A stretch of DNA of 60,408 nt from Clostridia bacterium (lineage in GTDB: Bacteria > Bacillota > Clostridia > Oscillospirales > CAG-272): NCBI GenBank assembly GCA_017628755.1, contig JAGBYM010000159.1, forward strand, positions 1 to 60,408, written 5' to 3'. This document shows, piece by piece, positions 56,288 to 60,408 of the stretch. The notes below the pieces were generated by a model, which was given only the letters and a program-made list of their open reading frames with translations, had not been told where the DNA came from and did no database searches. Made by a program: the position numbers and the translations under genes. Each line of letters starts with the position of its first letter. Within the stretch, counting starts at the first letter, position 1.

Positions 56288-56952
56288 TGAAACGAAATTT
56301 TCGAAGAATTATCGCTCTCCTTCTGGCAGTTATATTCTGCATGAGTGCTGTGATCTCGGTCTCGGCTGACGATTCGATCATCTACGATGGTGAGTCGCAT
56401 GAGTTTATCTTCGTTCATGATGAAGTAAACGAATCGGGCGAGGAGATCAGGGTTATGCCCGGTGACACGATCAAAAGAAAGCTGACTGTCAAAAACGACG
56501 CCGAACGTGATGTTAAGGTCAATATTTTCGTTCGCCCCCTCGTAAAAGCCATCGATTCCGAATCCGGATCGGCAGATTATCTCTCCGATGTCACCGTTAC
56601 GGTTGCCAAGGCGAAGGAAAACAGAATGGCTTATATGTTCGAGGCGTCCGCGGATCAACTTGATGAATCGGGCGAGTGGCTCATGCTCGGAACCCTCTAT
56701 TCGGGCGGTATGGTCGATCTTGAGGTAACACTCGATTTCCCGATCACGCTCGACAATGAATTTCAGGGCGCAGAGTTTTATCTCGAGTTCAGAGTTCAGG
56801 AGTTCCCGAAGGAACCCGACGATCCCGAGCCTCCCCAGACGGGTGACGTTAACAACGTCGTACTCTTTTCCTGCGTTTCGGCGGTTGCTCTTGTGCTGAT
56901 ACTGATCCCGATCGTATCGCGCAGACGCAGACGAGACGAGGAAGAAGAATAA
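56287..56952 (+). CDS. Cell-wall-sorted protein with camelysin-like core and PPQTG sorting signal
   Basis: 221 aa, with the ATG overlapping the upstream TAA. Sec signal ..CMSAVISVSA. RVMPGDTIKRKLTVKNDAERD and NEFQGAEFYLEFRVQ resemble family motifs. C-terminus is PPQTGD, then a 22-residue hydrophobic stretch, then RRRRRDEEEE. Confidence 0.75.
   Translation: MKRNFRRIIALLLAVIFCMSAVISVSADDSIIYDGESHEFIFVHDEVNESGEEIRVMPGDTIKRKLTVKNDAERDVKVNIFVRPLVKAIDSESGSADYLSDVTVTVAKAKENRMAYMFEASADQLDESGEWLMLGTLYSGGMVDLEVTLDFPITLDNEFQGAEFYLEFRVQEFPKEPDDPEPPQTGDVNNVVLFSCVSAVALVLILIPIVSRRRRRDEEEE
56830..56949 (+). other. Sortase sorting signal ((S/P)PXTG type)
   Basis: PPQTG is encoded at 56830-56844, followed by VNNVVLFSCVSAVALVLILIPIV and an Arg-rich tail. 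Confidence 0.75.
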
Positions 56953-56963
56953 TTTTTAAATGC

Positions 56964-56994
56964 AAAACCGCAGATTGACAATCTGCGGTTTTTG
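56964..56994 (+). terminator. Rho-independent terminator ending the sipW locus
   Basis: ACCGCAGATT-gaca-AATCTGCGGT followed by TTTTGTG. Confidence 0.8.
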
Positions 56995-57026
56995 TGTTAT
57001 AATTAGAAAAAATGCGAGGTGGCATT

Positions 57027-58178
57027 ATGAATTGCGATAAACTTTTTGAGATAATAGATTTCTTGAATTCCGATTACGTGAATGTTTGGGTGGATGTTTG
57101 CAATATTGAGAGCCCTACAAAGTACAAGGCGGGCGTTGACGCTTGCGGTGAGTATTTTGCCGCAATGGCGAATGAAAGAGGTTGGAAAGTCGAGTATTTC
57201 CGTCAGCCTGTCGCGGGCGACATTGTTGATATCACGCTTAATCCCGATGCCGATGCCAAACCCATCATCTTCTCGGCGCACCTTGATACGGTGCATCCCG
57301 TCGGCTCGTTCGGCACTCCCGCGGTCAAGATCGAGGGCGATAAGATGTACGGCCCGGGTGTCGCCGACTGCAAGGGCGGCGCGGTCGCGGCGTTTCTTGC
57401 TATGGATGCACTCGATAAGTGCGGTTTCCGTTCGAGACCCGTCAAGCTGATCCTTCAGACAGACGAGGAAGTCAGCAGTATGATCAGCAATAAAGCCACG
57501 ATCGGTTATATGTGCGAGCGCGCGCTTGAGTCGGTCGCATTTCTCAATCTTGAAGGATATGCCACGGGCCAGGCTTGCCTTCAGCGCAAGGGAACGATCA
57601 CGTTCACATTCACCGTCGAGGGCATTGAGGCGCACGGTTCGCTCTGCGCAACTCAAGGTGCAAGTGCCATTCTCGATGCGGCGCATAAGATCATCGAGCT
57701 TGAGAAGCTGAAGGATGCGGAAGGTCTTACCTGCAACTGCGGCGTTATCAGCGGCGGAAGCGTGCCGAATACCGTTCCCGGTCATTGCGAATTCAAGGCG
57801 AACGTTCGCTTTGCGAACTCGGAACAGCTCGCTTGGGTGCGCAATCATGTTAAGGAAGTGGCTGCTACGGTCCACGTTCCCGGATGTAAATGCACGGTAA
57901 ATAACCCCAAGGGCAGGGTTGCTATGGAGCTTTCGGAGAAAAACGTCACGCTTCTCGCGAGAATGAATGAGATCTTTGCAGAAAACGGTCTCCCCGAGCT
58001 GAAAGCCGTGAAGCATACCGGTGCATCGGATGCCGCCGACGTCACACATGCGGGCGCGGCTTGTATCGATTCAATCGGTGTTCGCGGAGGAAAGATACAT
58101 TCCCCCGCCGAGTTCGCTTATATCGAATCTCTTGCCGAAAGCGCAAAGAGACTTGCGGCTGTGGCGGCAAATATTTAA
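57027..58178 (+). CDS. M20 family metallopeptidase (carboxypeptidase G2-like)
   Basis: 383 aa from the ATG at 57027 (GAGGTGG RBS). FSAHLDTVHP, GPGVADCKGG and LQTDEEVSS motifs. Confidence 0.85.
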   Translation: MNCDKLFEIIDFLNSDYVNVWVDVCNIESPTKYKAGVDACGEYFAAMANERGWKVEYFRQPVAGDIVDITLNPDADAKPIIFSAHLDTVHPVGSFGTPAVKIEGDKMYGPGVADCKGGAVAAFLAMDALDKCGFRSRPVKLILQTDEEVSSMISNKATIGYMCERALESVAFLNLEGYATGQACLQRKGTITFTFTVEGIEAHGSLCATQGASAILDAAHKIIELEKLKDAEGLTCNCGVISGGSVPNTVPGHCEFKANVRFANSEQLAWVRNHVKEVAATVHVPGCKCTVNNPKGRVAMELSEKNVTLLARMNEIFAENGLPELKAVKHTGASDAADVTHAGAACIDSIGVRGGKIHSPAEFAYIESLAESAKRLAAVAANI

Positions 58179-58184
58179 AAAATG

Positions 58185-58219
58185 AGGTTGACTGCCGAAA
58201 TTCGGCAGTCAACCTTTTC
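58185..58219 (+). terminator. Rho-independent terminator
   Basis: AGGTTGACTGCCG-aaatt-CGGCAGTCAACCT followed by TTTTCTG. Confidence 0.8.
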
Positions 58220-58266
58220 TGCTTTTATTCATACAATATTATCATTGATGACAGAACGGAGATAAT

Positions 58267-59250
58267 ATGAATATGAATTTGTACGACGAGGGCAAGAATT
58301 GGTGCGCGCTTATGAAGTGCGAGACGGTTGCCGACCTCAACGAGCTTACCGATTCGGGCAGACTGCGCGAGCTTATCCGCGTGAATGAAGCTTTGCACGA
58401 GAAGAATTTCTCGCGGATTGCCGATATGATCTGCGAGCGCGGGGCACACGCCGTGATGCTTGCGGGGCCTTCTTCGTCGGGCAAAACGACCTCAGCACAC
58501 CGTCTTGCAACTCAGCTTCGCGGACACGGCAAGAACGTTATACTTATGAGCCTTGACGATTATTATTTTGACCGAGACAAAATCCAGCCGAGCGAGGACG
58601 GCAAGGTCGATTTTGAACATATCAATACGATAGACTCCGAGCTTTTCGGAGAACAGCTTTCCGCGCTTTTACGGGGAGGTGAGGTCGAGCTTCCGAGCTT
58701 CAATTTCAAGACCGGCAAGCGCGAGTGGCGGGGAAGAAAGCTGCGGCTTGACGAAAATTCGGTAATAATCGTCGAGGGTATACATGCGCTCAATCCCGTG
58801 CTTCTGCCCACCGAGCTTGACAGAGGCGCGGTTTTCAAGATATTCATCAGCCCGCTTCTGCCTCTGAGCCTTGACGATCACAACAGGATACCGACAAGCT
58901 ATCTGCGCCTTCTCCGCAGAACCGTGCGCGATTACGATACGCGCGGCTCGTCGGTGCAGAATACGCTTTCGATGTGGGATTCCGTGCGCCGAGGGGAGGG
59001 AAGATGGATTCTGCCTTTCCGGGAGGAAGCCGACGTCATATTTAACAGCTCGACGCTCTATGAGCTTGCGGTGCTGAAAAAGTATGTCTACCCGCTCCTC
59101 TGCGCCGTCGCACCCGAGGAGGAGTGCTATGAGCAGGTCCGCGTGATGGTAAAGATACTCAACTACATCCACGAAGCCGACGTCGACGACGAGATCCCGC
59201 CCACCAGCATAGTCCGCGAGTTCATCGGCGGTAATGCGTTTTACAGATAA
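58267..59250 (+). CDS. Uridine kinase/phosphoribulokinase-family nucleoside kinase
   Basis: 327 aa. P-loop GPSSSGKTT, and IIVEGIHALNP typical of the Udk/PRK family. Confidence 0.75.
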   Translation: MNMNLYDEGKNWCALMKCETVADLNELTDSGRLRELIRVNEALHEKNFSRIADMICERGAHAVMLAGPSSSGKTTSAHRLATQLRGHGKNVILMSLDDYYFDRDKIQPSEDGKVDFEHINTIDSELFGEQLSALLRGGEVELPSFNFKTGKREWRGRKLRLDENSVIIVEGIHALNPVLLPTELDRGAVFKIFISPLLPLSLDDHNRIPTSYLRLLRRTVRDYDTRGSSVQNTLSMWDSVRRGEGRWILPFREEADVIFNSSTLYELAVLKKYVYPLLCAVAPEEECYEQVRVMVKILNYIHEADVDDEIPPTSIVREFIGGNAFYR

Positions 59251-59254
59251 GACG

Positions 59255-59291
59255 AAGCATCCTCATCCGATATCGGATGAGGATGCTTTTG
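59255..59291. terminator. Terminator between convergent genes
   Basis: GCATCCTCATCCGA-ta-TCGGATGAGGATGC followed by TTTT. Confidence 0.75.
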
Positions 59292-59299
59292 CTTAAGTC

Positions 59300-59665
59300 T
59301 TATTTATCTTTAATATAATTTTTTATCGCCTCAAATGACTCACGGCTGATGACGTGCTCGATCTTGCAGGCGTCCTCTGCCGCGGTTTCTTTTTCGACTC
59401 CGAGAGAGACGAGGAGGCTTGTCAGTATCGTGTGGCGTTCGTAAAGGTTTTCTGCGGCTTGAATACCTTTTTCGGTCAGAGTGATAAATCCCGAGCGGTC
59501 GACGTTGATGTATTCGCCCGCTTTGAGAATGCCGATTGCGCGGCTGACGCTCGGCTTGGAATATCCCATGCTCTCGGCAACGTCGACTGAGCGCACGGAG
59601 GTCGATCTTCTTGTCAGTACGTATATAGTTTCAAGATACATTTCACCCGATTCGGCAAGTCCCAT
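59300..59665 (-). CDS. DtxR/MntR-family metal-dependent transcriptional regulator
   Basis: 121 aa. EMYLETIYVL, the winged helix VDVAESMGYSKPSVSRAIGILK, and ERHTILTSLLVSLGV..A..DACKIEHVIS as in the DtxR dimerisation region. Confidence 0.85.
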   Translation of the reverse strand: MGLAESGEMYLETIYVLTRRSTSVRSVDVAESMGYSKPSVSRAIGILKAGEYINVDRSGFITLTEKGIQAAENLYERHTILTSLLVSLGVEKETAAEDACKIEHVISRESFEAIKNYIKDK

Positions 59666-59846
59666 TTTGGAGTCCTCCTTCTGATCTATAGTATAATGAT
59701 ATCACATTTACGCCAAAAATGCAAGGTCTTTTGAAAAAATTCTCAAGTCCCGAGCCGTATTTTAAATAACTCTTGACTTTTGGCGAAATTTGTGCTATTA
59801 TTATAATGTATGTAAAAATCCAACCAAATCTCGAAAGGGTTAAGAA

Positions 59847-60408
59847 ATGAAAAGAACATTTATTGCCGACGTTAAGCCGGGCGAGAACGTAAAGATCGCC
59901 GGTTTCGTTGAAAATTGCCGCAACAAGAAAGCGCGCGCATTCCTCGTTATCCGTGATATCACCGGTAAGGTTCAGGTTTACGTTGAGAAGGAAGGCAACG
60001 ACGAGCTTGCAGCTGTTGTTGACCAGCTCACCATCGACTCTGTTGTTACCATCGAGGGCGAATGCATCGCAAACGAATACGTTAAAATGGGCGGAATGGA
60101 GATCATTCCTACCTCTATCCGCATCGAATCCATCGCAGACGCGCTCCCCATCAAGGAAGATTCTGCGATCGACTCGCGTCTTGACTACCGTTGGGTAGAC
60201 CTCCGCACCGAGCGCAACACCCTTATCTTCCACGTTCAGAGCGAGATCACCGCGGCTCTCCGTGACTACCTCCTCCAGAACAAGTTCACCGAGCTCCATT
60301 TCCCCAAGATCATCGGCGCGGCTTCCGAGTCGGGCTCCGAGGTCTTCAAGCTCAACTACTTTGACCGCGACGCATACCTCGCGCAGTCTCCCCAGTTCTA
60401 TAAGCAGA
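59847..60408 (+). CDS. aspS: Aspartate--tRNA ligase, archaeal/type-2 (5' part; runs off the window)
   Basis: I translated an open frame from the ATG at 59847: MKRTFIADVKPGENVKIAGFVENCRNKK.. (OB fold), LDYRWVDLR, then the class-IIb motif LAQSPQFYKQ. It is absent from the ORF track because it has no stop within the window. Asn-tRNA ligase is not fully excluded. Confidence 0.75.
   Translation, partial: MKRTFIADVKPGENVKIAGFVENCRNKKARAFLVIRDITGKVQVYVEKEGNDELAAVVDQLTIDSVVTIEGECIANEYVKMGGMEIIPTSIRIESIADALPIKEDSAIDSRLDYRWVDLRTERNTLIFHVQSEITAALRDYLLQNKFTELHFPKIIGAASESGSEVFKLNYFDRDAYLAQSPQFYKQ

Noticed and set aside
59685-59846. T-box or other leader riboswitch upstream of aspS.
   Set aside because: Only ~160 nt are shared with the divergent DtxR-family gene. 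This is too short for a T-box, and I saw no specifier or antiterminator-like conserved box.
1-60408. Search for tRNA, rRNA, CRISPR, toxin-antitoxin pairs or recognisable defence systems.
   Set aside because: Intergenic regions are short and are accounted for by promoters, terminators or the repeat element. No cloverleaf-like or rRNA-like sequence and no cas, RM, Abi or TA-like gene pair was recognised by eye. A proper tRNAscan, Infernal and defence-finder run would be needed for a definitive negative.

Overview
This 60.4 kb window reads like a Clostridia chromosome, probably Oscillospiraceae/Ruminococcaceae-like. That placement is inference only, based on dockerin-bearing secreted proteins, consensus sigma-A promoters with extended -10 boxes and GGAGG-type RBSs. 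There are about 50 protein genes. I saw no rRNA, tRNA, CRISPR array, transposase, integrase or phage genes. Layout: (i) 0-12 kb holds mixed genes: a PTP phosphatase, a MATE exporter, a DUF1538 membrane protein with a tandem P-II protein, a minus-strand operon (PAP2, two membrane proteins, M20 peptidase), a class-III aminotransferase and YitT. (ii) A Wzx/Wzy-type glycan locus is present as two halves, 12.2-17.0 kb and 36.9-39.9 kb. (iii) Those halves are separated by a ~19.5 kb block encoding three dockerin-bearing secreted proteins. The first is 1426 aa, with a phosphodiester-glycosidase domain, cell-wall-binding repeats and a dockerin. The second is 4013 aa, built from beta-helix-like modules and several families of His/Cys-rich tandem modules. 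The third is 565 aa, with a cohesin-like N-domain, eight DHxCDYGC 20-aa repeats and a dockerin. The block also carries an AT-rich membrane protein and an Lgt paralogue. (iv) 39.9-43.6 kb holds an IMPase, rpiB, a TIM-barrel hydrolase-like protein and an SGNH hydrolase. (v) 43.6-57.0 kb is my best candidate for an undescribed system. A small XRE regulator lies divergent from a SipW-type signal peptidase. That is followed by seven tandem TasA/camelysin/BsaA-like genes, a 2008-aa Listeria-Bacteroides-repeat protein, an eighth paralogue and a ninth family-like protein ending in a PPQTG cell-wall sorting signal. (vi) 57-60.4 kb holds an M20 peptidase, a uridine-kinase-family protein, a DtxR-family regulator and the 5' part of an archaeal-type aspartyl-tRNA synthetase gene. 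A GC-rich structured repeat occurs as an inverted pair at 10.84-11.02 kb and as a truncated copy at the window start. All calls come from reading motifs by eye; no database search or computation was run.
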